64,000 bases of DNA from Candidatus Altiarchaeota archaeon (GTDB lineage: Archaea > Altiarchaeota > Altiarchaeia > IMC4 > SCGC-AAA252-I15). This document shows, one piece after another, positions 9,431 to 17,317 of the stretch. Positions within the stretch are counted from its first letter, which is position 1. Every line of letters starts with the position of its first letter. Both the position numbers and the translations under genes were made by a program. The stretch lies in assembly GCA_028712125.1 (NCBI GenBank), contig JAQTQS010000002.1, forward strand, positions 1,417-65,416. The letters run 5' to 3'. A model generated the notes under the pieces. That model was not told where the DNA came from. It did not search any database and was given only the letters and a program-made list of their open reading frames with translations.

Positions 9431-10426
9431 ATGAAAGACGTTAGGATTGCGATGGTGGGATTCGGCACCATAGGCAGGGGTTTTGCCGGGGTTCTCCTGG
9501 AGAAGCGGGCGTTTCTCGCGAGGAGGCACGGCCTGCGGCTTAAGGTTGTCGCAATCGCCGAGTATGACGGTTCCGTCATCGACGAGCGTGGGATTGACTT
9601 GAACAGGGTTTTGAAGGCTCCATTGGATCATTGCCGGGGCTGGTCGGAATTAAGGTCTCAGGACGTCCTTCGCTCCGTCGGCGCCGATATCGCGCTTGAG
9701 CTCACACCTGGAAATATCAAGACCGGGGAGCCGGGGCTCTCCCACATCCTCTCGGCCCTGGATGCCGGGATGCACGTCGTCACGTCCAACAAGTCGCCTC
9801 TTGCCGTCGCCTACCAGCGCATCATGCGCCGGGCCGCCTTGCGCGGGAGGGAGGTCAGGTTCGAGGCCACTGTCGGCGGGGCGATACCGCTCATCAATCT
9901 TTATCAGAAGACGCTTCAGATAAACGAGATACGCAACATCTACGGCATATTGAACGGGACGACCAACTTCATACTGTCGAAGATGGAGGAGGAGAGCGTG
10001 GACTTTTCCATTGCGCTCCGGGAGGCGCAGGAATTAGGCTACGCCGAGACCGACTGCAGCTACGACGTCGACGGGATTGACACTGCGGTGAAGGTCGTGA
10101 TACTCTCGAACGCCATCATGGGCAGGAACGTCTCCCTCAGGGACGTCAACGTCACAGGAATACGCGAGATTAATTCCGAGACTATCGAGCTTGCGAAAAA
10201 GCACGGCAGCGCGATAAGGCTAGTCGGCGACGTCGGAAGGCTTGAGGTTTCGCCGAGGCTGATACCGATGCAGCACCCCCTTAACATAGCAGGCGCGCTA
10301 AACGCGGTAATGCTCGAAACCGACGTTGCGGGAAGCATCACAATCACCGGCGCAGGGGCCGGCCCAAGGGAGACTGCAAGCTCGATATTGTCTGACGTGA
10401 TTGACCTTAGTGTCGGGTCTTTGTGA
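9431..10426 (+). CDS. hom: Homoserine dehydrogenase
   Basis: Rossmann motif IAMVGFGTIGRG, then VVTSNK, GGAIPLI, ILNGTTNFIL. ATG at 9431 is 2 nt after the ACT gene stop; the track start at 9422 is a TTG. Confidence 0.9.
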   Translation: MKDVRIAMVGFGTIGRGFAGVLLEKRAFLARRHGLRLKVVAIAEYDGSVIDERGIDLNRVLKAPLDHCRGWSELRSQDVLRSVGADIALELTPGNIKTGEPGLSHILSALDAGMHVVTSNKSPLAVAYQRIMRRAALRGREVRFEATVGGAIPLINLYQKTLQINEIRNIYGILNGTTNFILSKMEEESVDFSIALREAQELGYAETDCSYDVDGIDTAVKVVILSNAIMGRNVSLRDVNVTGIREINSETIELAKKHGSAIRLVGDVGRLEVSPRLIPMQHPLNIAGALNAVMLETDVAGSITITGAGAGPRETASSILSDVIDLSVGSL

Positions 10427-10485
10427 GCTTGGTTTCTCTTTTGTTTTTATCCTGTCTTTTACCCGCCGGCTCTTAAGTAAATAGG

Positions 10486-11109
10486 ATGCTTTCGCTGGTA
10501 GTCGGGTATTCGCGTGCCTTGGATGCGGTCAAGACGCCGGGAAGAAGGCTTGCGGACGCTCTGCTCTCGCCGCTGGTGAGATTGCTCTACCACCTTAAGG
10601 TTTCGCCGAATGCAATCAGCCTGCTTGCTGTTATGTCAGTGTTCTTGTCATCAATGCTCTTGTTCACAGGCAGCATCCTATACCTGCCGATGCTGCTGGC
10701 CGCAATTTTTTTCGACCTGTTGGACGGCAGCCTAGCCCGGTTCCTGAAAGCCAAGGGAATAAGCGGCAATAAATTGGACTTCGACTACCTGTGCGACCAT
10801 TTCTCAGACACGCTCCTTATGCTCGCGCTCTACGCGGCCAATCTCCTGCCGTTCTACGCAGCAATCATCCTCCTCTTCTCCCACATAATCTCAAGCATTC
10901 TTGTCCTGGCCGCCCGGGAGCGCAGCGCAAGCGTCTGCGCGCTCTCATTCAGGCTTACGCTCCTATGCCTCATAATCATCGCGGCCGTCTGGCCGGGCGC
11001 CCTGTACTACGGAATCCTCCTGCTTTCGCTACATTACCTGCTGACGTCGCTTGCGATACTCCCGACCGTGCTTTTGACGCATAATGATACCCCTCGCCAG
11101 AATATCTAA
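10486..11109 (+). CDS. CDP-alcohol phosphatidyltransferase family protein (polar head-group transferase)
   Basis: Polytopic 207-aa ORF with DLLDGSLARFLKAKGISGNKLDFDYLCD, i.e. DGxxAR-x8-G-x3-D. The final Asp of the canonical motif is shifted. Confidence 0.7.
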   Translation: MLSLVVGYSRALDAVKTPGRRLADALLSPLVRLLYHLKVSPNAISLLAVMSVFLSSMLLFTGSILYLPMLLAAIFFDLLDGSLARFLKAKGISGNKLDFDYLCDHFSDTLLMLALYAANLLPFYAAIILLFSHIISSILVLAARERSASVCALSFRLTLLCLIIIAAVWPGALYYGILLLSLHYLLTSLAILPTVLLTHNDTPRQNI

Positions 11110-12061
11110 GGCCTGCCGGTCCTATCTTGCGGGACGCCCTCTCCTCTGCTCATGGCAGGTCACCATGCGCTGCAACTTCAAATGCGGTTTCTGCAGCTAC
11201 TGGAAGAAATCTCCTGATGCGCCGGAGCTTTCAATTGCCGATTTCAAGGCCGGGGCCGGCAAGCTCGACGAGATGGGCGTCTCATTCATCTCGATTGCCG
11301 GTGGGGAGCCTTTCATGCGGGCCGACCTGCCGGAAATAATCAAGGCACTATCGCAAAGGCATCTTACGGTATTGATAACCAACGGCTGGCTGGTCTCGCG
11401 CAAAAAAGCAAGGGAAGTATTCAAGAGCGGCCTCACCGGCGTCAGCGTCTCCATCGACTTTCCGGACGCGAAGTCGCACGACAGCCAGCGCGGCGTCGAG
11501 GGGGCTTTCGAGCGGGCCGTGCGGGCGCTGGAATTCTTTACCGAGGAGCGGACCGAACCCTACCAGCGGGTTAACCTGTTTTGCGTGCTCAACAGGCGGA
11601 ATATAGAACATATCGAGGAGCTTATTTTGCTTGCGGACGGCCTGGGCGTCTCATTCATGCTCCAGCCCTACTGTCCGATGAAGAACAATGACGCTTCGTT
11701 TAAGCTAGACAGTAAGACAAGCGCCCGGCTGTGGGCCCTCCAGCGTAAATACCCTAATTTCAGGTCGAACCCCGAATACCTTCGCAGGATTGACGAATAC
11801 ATAGCCGGTGGAGTGCCGTCATGCCGGGCAGGAAAATCATTCCTCAACATCGACTCATATGGGAACATCTCAAAGTGCGTTGAAGCTGAACGCAACATAG
11901 GAAACATCCAAAGTCTTACGGCTGGCGATATTGCAAAAAGACTGCGAACCGAGCATGCCAAAAACAAATGCCAAGCCTGCTGGTACAACTGCCGGGGAGA
12001 AATAGAAAGCATGCACACGATAAGAGGACTGGCAGGCGCACTAAGCTGGCTGAAACCATGA
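11084..12061 (+). CDS. Radical SAM protein with Cys-rich (SPASM/twitch-like) C-terminus
   Basis: CNFKCGFCSYW (CxxxCxxC) near the N-terminus, GGEPF motif, C-terminal Cys cluster (CRAGKSF...CVEAE...CQACWYNCRGE). Overlaps the preceding gene by 26 nt. Confidence 0.85.
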   Translation: MIPLARISKACRSYLAGRPLLCSWQVTMRCNFKCGFCSYWKKSPDAPELSIADFKAGAGKLDEMGVSFISIAGGEPFMRADLPEIIKALSQRHLTVLITNGWLVSRKKAREVFKSGLTGVSVSIDFPDAKSHDSQRGVEGAFERAVRALEFFTEERTEPYQRVNLFCVLNRRNIEHIEELILLADGLGVSFMLQPYCPMKNNDASFKLDSKTSARLWALQRKYPNFRSNPEYLRRIDEYIAGGVPSCRAGKSFLNIDSYGNISKCVEAERNIGNIQSLTAGDIAKRLRTEHAKNKCQACWYNCRGEIESMHTIRGLAGALSWLKP

Positions 12062-12106
12062 TTTATTATAATTTCTAAGAGTGAAAGGATACGCTGAAGT
12101 ATGGGA

Positions 12107-12787
12107 TTACTCTACGTAATCGATATTCATTTTCACTGCTGAATGCGGGTCCGAATGCCCGCTGCTAAGTAACTCAAACATAAAATAGATGTATGGTGTC
12201 TTAGGTCTGCAGGTGATATACACCTCATCATACTCCTTGAACAATTCCTCATTAAACGGTGTCGGACCGAAATGGAATGTTTTTTCCTCATTAATAGACA
12301 TCTCCGGGGTTTCAACAAAATCAATTTTATATCTCTCAAGGTATGAGGTATATGAACCAACGCGTTCTTCATCCTCCCTTAGACTTGCACTACAGTTGTA
12401 TAACAGATAATCGGTATTAGCTGCCTTCAAATAGCCATATATGTTCTGACTTGTCGTATTATAAAAAACATGTGAATCGCTAATAGCCATCCAGTCTCGT
12501 TTATTTCTGTAATCATCAAATGTGCTGGAAAAATAATAGCCTAAGATGATTAATGTAACAAAAAATATTGTTGCAGCTACCAGAAACCTATTTTCCTCTT
12601 TGAAGATTGAATAAAACAGCGTTACTGTGCCTGTAAAAAATAGCGTGCCAATAAGGATGATAACAAATGCCGTCCCAAAACAGCAACAACTCTCACGAAT
12701 GTAAGGTGAAGCAATTAGGATGACGGTTGATATCAAAAGAGCAGATAAAATCATATAAACTCCTTTTCTTAATTCATCCCAGTTCAT
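12107..12787 (-). CDS. Hypothetical membrane protein in an AT-rich patch
   Basis: 226-aa ORF with three predicted TM helices, then a Tyr/Glu/Asn-rich soluble domain. No motif recognised. Composition is visibly more AT-rich than the flanks. Confidence 0.55.
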   Translation of the reverse strand: MNWDELRKGVYMILSALLISTVILIASPYIRESCCCFGTAFVIILIGTLFFTGTVTLFYSIFKEENRFLVAATIFFVTLIILGYYFSSTFDDYRNKRDWMAISDSHVFYNTTSQNIYGYLKAANTDYLLYNCSASLREDEERVGSYTSYLERYKIDFVETPEMSINEEKTFHFGPTPFNEELFKEYDEVYITCRPKTPYIYFMFELLSSGHSDPHSAVKMNIDYVE

Positions 12788-12874
12788 TTAACCTGCATCA
12801 CTAACCTACTGTGTTAGAACCAATAAAAAACGCATCGTGTATCAGTTTGTGGATTTACTCTCTTTCAGTCTCTT

Positions 12875-13576
12875 CTATTTCTTTTTTTCTTCCGGTCTTT
12901 CATAGTATGTTTTTTTGGTTATTAGCGCGATTGGTGTGTCTATGTAGTATCTTATCGTTTTCAGCCAGCCTGTCGTCCTGCGCCTTCGCATTGAGGTCAT
13001 TGCTATGATTTTCCAGTCGAATACGGTTTTCCCTAGTTTTGCGACGCGCTGGGAGAGGTCGGAGTCTTCCCGGGCCATTATTTCCGGGTTGTAGCCGCCT
13101 GCGTCCATGAGCGCTTTCTTGCGGTACGCAGTGTTGCTGCCCCGGAACCATACTATGCCGAATTTGTGGAATACCCAGAGTATCAGGTTTCCCGTGAAGT
13201 AGAAGGCGCGGTCCATGAAGACGGCTTCCTCTGGCATTGGTATTGTGGGGCCTGAGACTGCGACTGTTTTTTCGTCTTTGAAGTAGGGTGTTATTCGTTC
13301 GAGCCAGTCTGGTGGGTAGAATGTGTCTGCGTCTGCGGTTACTATTATGTCGCCGGAGGCTTTTACAGCCCCGAGCTGGCGGTTTTTAGAGATGGTGCCC
13401 GGCGTTCCCTCGAGGACCTTGTCCGCGTATTTGCGGGCTATTTCGACTGTCTTGTCAGTGCTCTTCGAGTCGACTACGATAATCTCGGCCTTTACCTGCT
13501 GGCTTCTTATGGACTTAAGGCAGCCTTCGATGTATCGCTCCTCGTTCAGTGTCGGTATTACAACGCTTATCTCCAT
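12875..13576 (-). CDS. Family 2 glycosyltransferase
   Basis: ISVVIPTLNEERYI N-terminus and DxD region IIVTADADTFYP. Confidence 0.85.
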   Translation of the reverse strand: MEISVVIPTLNEERYIEGCLKSIRSQQVKAEIIVVDSKSTDKTVEIARKYADKVLEGTPGTISKNRQLGAVKASGDIIVTADADTFYPPDWLERITPYFKDEKTVAVSGPTIPMPEEAVFMDRAFYFTGNLILWVFHKFGIVWFRGSNTAYRKKALMDAGGYNPEIMAREDSDLSQRVAKLGKTVFDWKIIAMTSMRRRRTTGWLKTIRYYIDTPIALITKKTYYERPEEKKK

Positions 13577-13609
13577 TGCCGTGCGGTTTTTCAGAACCGG
13601 CGGGGCCGC

Positions 13610-14098
13610 TTAGGCCTTGGCCTTGCCGAGGCCTTTTTTGACCCACTTTTCCTCGTATTTCAGGAGCGGGTCTTTCTCGGCTTCCGGGAATATCTCGTCT
13701 TCGGGATCCGTCTCTTCCTCGAGTTCGTCGTCCCCTTCCGCGCGCTTTTTCGCGGGTTTTTTCTTGGCGGGCTTTGGCGCGGGGGGTTTTTCCTCGATTG
13801 CGTCTCCCGTCCCGCTCAGGACTTCGATTTTCCCGTACTTTCCGGAACTGACCTGGAGGTCGCCGCGGTATTCCTTGCACCAGCCGTTGATTATCCTTAT
13901 CTTCTGGCCGTTGGCGTAGCGGTCCGCCTCGTCGTTCCATAGGGTGAGGGTGCACTGGCCGGTGGCGTCCTTTACCTTGGCGTTGGCAACCTTTATTTTG
14001 CCGCGGAAGTTGGTGAATTCCTTGGCTTCCCCTTTGTCTGTTATTTCAAGCACTATCGAGTCTACTGCCTGGTTTGGTTTCAATTCGTTTATGAACAT
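13610..14098 (-). CDS. OB-fold single-stranded DNA-binding (RPA/SSB-like) protein
   Basis: Start chosen at Met39 of the track ORF (MFINELKP, complement of 14096-14098) so it does not overlap the upstream gene. OB-fold pattern (VDSIVLEITDKGEAKEF...ANAKVKDATGQCTLTLWNDEADR...IRIINGW) followed by a Lys/Pro-rich then acidic tail. Confidence 0.72.
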   Translation of the reverse strand: MFINELKPNQAVDSIVLEITDKGEAKEFTNFRGKIKVANAKVKDATGQCTLTLWNDEADRYANGQKIRIINGWCKEYRGDLQVSSGKYGKIEVLSGTGDAIEEKPPAPKPAKKKPAKKRAEGDDELEEETDPEDEIFPEAEKDPLLKYEEKWVKKGLGKAKA

Positions 14099-14111
14099 TT
14101 TTCTCACTCTT

Positions 14112-14588
14112 TCACGTGTTGAAAAAATCATCCATTCCTTCGTCGTCGTACGGGTCTCTTTCCTCGAAGTCGTCCTCGAATGTGCTGGCTTTTTCCTCGT
14201 CGCCGGCCGCATCGAGGTCGTCGTCCTCGTCCTCTACTTTTTTACGGGTGAGTATTTCCTCAGCGCCTCCTTTTTTTCCTTTTTTCTTTTTGCTGATGTG
14301 GGCGCATTTCTTGGTCTTGGTGTTGAAGAAGTCGCACATGTCGCAGCATCCCTTCTTCTCCTCGCAGAATTCGAATTCCGGGCATTCCTTGCAGCATTTT
14401 GCCTTAATCTTCGCCTTTTCGGTTTCGTCTTCTGTAAGCTCCTTGATTGTCGTTGCCTTTGGGGCGGCCTTTTCTGCCTCCTCCAGAAGGATTTCCTTCC
14501 GGGTTTTTGCCTTGGCTTTTGGCCTGTGCGAAGCGTTTGCCTTGGGCCTTTCCTTCCTGGTTTTTTTCTTCACCTTCGACTTTACCAT
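14112..14588 (-). CDS. Hypothetical Lys-rich / Cys8His-cluster / acidic-tail protein
   Basis: 158 aa. Basic N-terminus (KSKVKKKTRKERPK...), CCKECPEFEFCEEKKGCCDMCDFFNTKTKKCAH, poly-Lys, then an acidic C-terminus ending DDEGMDDFFNT. Stop is 13 nt before the OB-fold gene start. Confidence 0.6.
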   Translation of the reverse strand: MVKSKVKKKTRKERPKANASHRPKAKAKTRKEILLEEAEKAAPKATTIKELTEDETEKAKIKAKCCKECPEFEFCEEKKGCCDMCDFFNTKTKKCAHISKKKKGKKGGAEEILTRKKVEDEDDDLDAAGDEEKASTFEDDFEERDPYDDEGMDDFFNT

Positions 14589-14687
14589 TGTGTGCCGCCA
14601 CCGGTTGCGGGCGTTTGTTTTCGCAGACGCCTGTTTTTCCTATTGAAAATTTTAGATATATATGTATACTTGGTGTTTAAAAATCTC

Positions 14688-15290
14688 CTATGATAGCGCG
14701 AAGTCTATTACGTACCTTTTGTTCGCGTTCGCCGAGACGTTCTGGTTTAGCCGTATGTCTCCTATGGTGACGTATATCCCGTAGTCATTGCCGGTTGTGG
14801 CTTCGAACGAGTATTCGCCCCTCCAGTTGGTCCATGTGGTTGCCTTTGTGGCGTTGGCCGTCTCGTCCCTCAGTTCCACGGTTAGGTTCTGGTAGGCCCC
14901 GCAGGTTTTGGTGTTGAAGACCTGTCCTTCTATGGCCGGCTGTGTGAGTGTCTGGTTTTCCGCAACTTTCTGGTAGCATGAGCTTTTGAGCGTTATGTCG
15001 GCTATCTGGTCGCATATTTTTTCATTGTGCCGGTTCAGGGCGTTTCCGAAGTGGCATCGGTCGCGCTTGCATGCGGTCTTCATCATGAGGCATTCCGGCA
15101 GGGCGTTGGGGTCCTGCCATAGCGTTGTCACCGGCGTTCTGGTGTCCTCCTCCATCGTAGTAGTGCCCTCTTCCATTGTTGTCGAAGTTGTCGCCGTTTT
15201 CAATAGGCGCTCGTTTCCCTGTAGGAAGTACCAGCCTGCGAGCGCGATGGCTGCCCCTGCCAGAATGAGCTTCAGGTGCGCATCTTTCAT
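14688..15290 (-). CDS. Secreted or anchored protein with Cys motif and carboxypeptidase-regulatory-like beta-sandwich
   Basis: N-terminal hydrophobic segment (LKLILAGAAIALAGWYFL), Thr-rich linker, Cys motif CDQIADITLKSSCYQKVA, C-terminal IEGQVFNT...WRGEYSFEATTGNDYGIYV (CarboxypepD_reg-like pattern). Confidence 0.6.
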   Translation of the reverse strand: MKDAHLKLILAGAAIALAGWYFLQGNERLLKTATTSTTMEEGTTTMEEDTRTPVTTLWQDPNALPECLMMKTACKRDRCHFGNALNRHNEKICDQIADITLKSSCYQKVAENQTLTQPAIEGQVFNTKTCGAYQNLTVELRDETANATKATTWTNWRGEYSFEATTGNDYGIYVTIGDIRLNQNVSANANKRYVIDFALS

Positions 15291-15328
15291 AGTTCTTACT
15301 AATCGGTATTGGGCTTTAAAAATGGTGG

Positions 15329-16333
15329 CTAGAATCCCATCATGCCGCCCAAAAAGTATTTTAGCAGGTAGTGTGCGACGTAAAAGAGCACGATGGCTAT
15401 CGTCCCCAGTACCGGCATGTACTTGAATCCCGCGGCTTCCTCGCCCTTCAGGATGAGCCCCATCACCAATGACCCGAGGATGGAGGATATGAGGATGGAA
15501 ATGGCCGAGTACATTACGGCGAATTCCGGCGTTATCGTTATGTTTCCGGGCGAAATAGGCATTGCGGCGCCCGAAATTCCCTTCATGTTCGCAGGCATCT
15601 GGGCTGATATCATCTGCATGTTCTTGACCAGCAGTTCGAGCAGGAAGCTTGAGAGGGAGAACAGCATGGGCGCTCCGATCGCTATCGCTATCGCTATGAA
15701 CATGGCGTACATTAGGACGCTTGCGCTTATCTCCTTTTGTATTATCTGCTGGTCCCTCATGTCGTCGGCCGTCTGGTCGAGCAGGTCGGCCAGCTCTCCG
15801 CCGGACTTCAGGCTCTGGACTATGAGCGCTATGGTGCGGTCCATGTCCTTGGACCTGATTCTTGCGGTCGACCGCCTCAGGGCGTCGGTGAAGCTTCTGC
15901 CGGCCATAGTCTCCCTGCCGATTTTGCTTATTTCCTCGCGCAGGGGCCCGAATTCCGGCCGTGCCGCCATGAGGAGGGCCTTGTCTGTGGTGAGGCCTGC
16001 CCGTATGTTGGAGGCCATGAGCTGGAGTGCGTCGGGGAGGATGCTTTCAACGAATTTTGCCTTTGATTCGGCGGACAGCTGGAGCATTATGAATATTGCG
16101 GCGGCGTATAAGGCTAGGGCGCCTGTGAATACCATGGGTATGTTGTATTTGAGGTAGGAGGCTGCCGCCGCTGACACGATTGTCGAGAACATGAGGCCTG
16201 TTAGTGTTATCAGGTTCAGGAATTGGTCCGGGTCGATTTCTATGCTGGAGTATATGACGAGCTGGCGGTAGGAGTCGAGGAGTTTTCTGGGTATTATCCG
16301 TTCGACTGTCGGCTTCTGGGCCTGTGTTTTCAT
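15329..16333 (-). CDS. Type II secretion system F-domain membrane protein (TadC / FlaJ C-half-like)
   Basis: 334 aa. Cytoplasmic helical domain flanked by TM helices, as in T2SS-F/PilC-family proteins. Immediately downstream of its paralog and the ATPase. Confidence 0.78.
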   Translation of the reverse strand: MKTQAQKPTVERIIPRKLLDSYRQLVIYSSIEIDPDQFLNLITLTGLMFSTIVSAAAASYLKYNIPMVFTGALALYAAAIFIMLQLSAESKAKFVESILPDALQLMASNIRAGLTTDKALLMAARPEFGPLREEISKIGRETMAGRSFTDALRRSTARIRSKDMDRTIALIVQSLKSGGELADLLDQTADDMRDQQIIQKEISASVLMYAMFIAIAIAIGAPMLFSLSSFLLELLVKNMQMISAQMPANMKGISGAAMPISPGNITITPEFAVMYSAISILISSILGSLVMGLILKGEEAAGFKYMPVLGTIAIVLFYVAHYLLKYFLGGMMGF

Positions 16334-16334
16334 T

Positions 16335-17237
16335 TCATCCTCCGATGAGGTTTGGTCGCTTGGAGCGTATTATCATCATGAATATGCCCTGTAGTATGGT
16401 GAATATCACGAGGAGCATCCAGAATGTCTGTTCGTTGGCGAGCGAGGATGCGGCGCCGGGGATTGAGGACAGGATTATCAGCAGTGTGATGCTGAGTGAG
16501 GGCATTATGACCGCGACCATCATGTACATCATTGCGAGGGGGTTTAGTATCGACTTGTAGCGGCGCACTTCCACGAGCTGTTCCTTTGACAGCGTCGTTA
16601 TTATGTCCGATAAGTTGTCGCCTACGTTGCTTCCGGCCTTGATGCCGTTGACGAGCTGCCATAGCGCCCGCCTGAAGTACATGGAGGGGTTTCGTATCGC
16701 CAGCTCTTCCAGTGTTTCGACCATCGGCTGGCCTGCGTTGACTTTTTCAACGAAGATTTTGAGTTCGGTTGAGATTGGCCCGTAATCGCCGTTGGCTATG
16801 GATACGAAGGAGTTGAATATCGGCACGCCGGAGCGTATCTGGACGAGGATGCTGCGCAGCGCGAAGAGTAGGTTTCGCTCTATGTACTTTACGCGCTTGT
16901 TGACGATTGAGGTTGGGTATGCCATCATGTAGACTACCATCATGACGCCTACGAATATCCCTATGAGGCCTGCTAGCATGTTGTCCGGCTTTCCGCTGGC
17001 TGAAAGCGGCAGGCTTACCGCCCCTCCTGAGAGGAGCCCTCCTATGACCGCAACTGTTACGGTTATCGCAAAGTAGCTTCTTGTGTTGAGGGCGTATGTT
17101 TCGGAAACGCCTGATTGCTTGAGTGTCAGCTCCATGTGGGGGAATATCTTCGCCATTATGCTCCCCGGCATTATGAAGAGCCGTGAAAGGTTTCGTATCA
17201 ATGGCGACCTGAGTATGGGCAGCCCCCTGTCTTTCAT
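16335..17237 (-). CDS. Type II secretion system F-domain membrane protein (TadB / FlaJ N-half-like)
   Basis: 300 aa with the same architecture. Its stop codon is separated from the next gene's ATG by a single nucleotide. Confidence 0.78.
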   Translation of the reverse strand: MKDRGLPILRSPLIRNLSRLFIMPGSIMAKIFPHMELTLKQSGVSETYALNTRSYFAITVTVAVIGGLLSGGAVSLPLSASGKPDNMLAGLIGIFVGVMMVVYMMAYPTSIVNKRVKYIERNLLFALRSILVQIRSGVPIFNSFVSIANGDYGPISTELKIFVEKVNAGQPMVETLEELAIRNPSMYFRRALWQLVNGIKAGSNVGDNLSDIITTLSKEQLVEVRRYKSILNPLAMMYMMVAVIMPSLSITLLIILSSIPGAASSLANEQTFWMLLVIFTILQGIFMMIIRSKRPNLIGG

Positions 17238-17317
17238 GATGATTTAACATTACATTCCGGGGATATATAAGACAGAATCCGGCTTTCAGCTGGCTTACCG
17301 GGGCTGGTTTAGGGGGG

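Noticed and set aside
13944-14693. 249-aa and 176-aa plus-strand ORFs rich in Phe/Leu/Ser
   Set aside because: They are antisense to the OB-fold and Lys-rich genes. Their composition is what reverse-reading AAG/GAA-rich coding sequence produces, and they have no start context.
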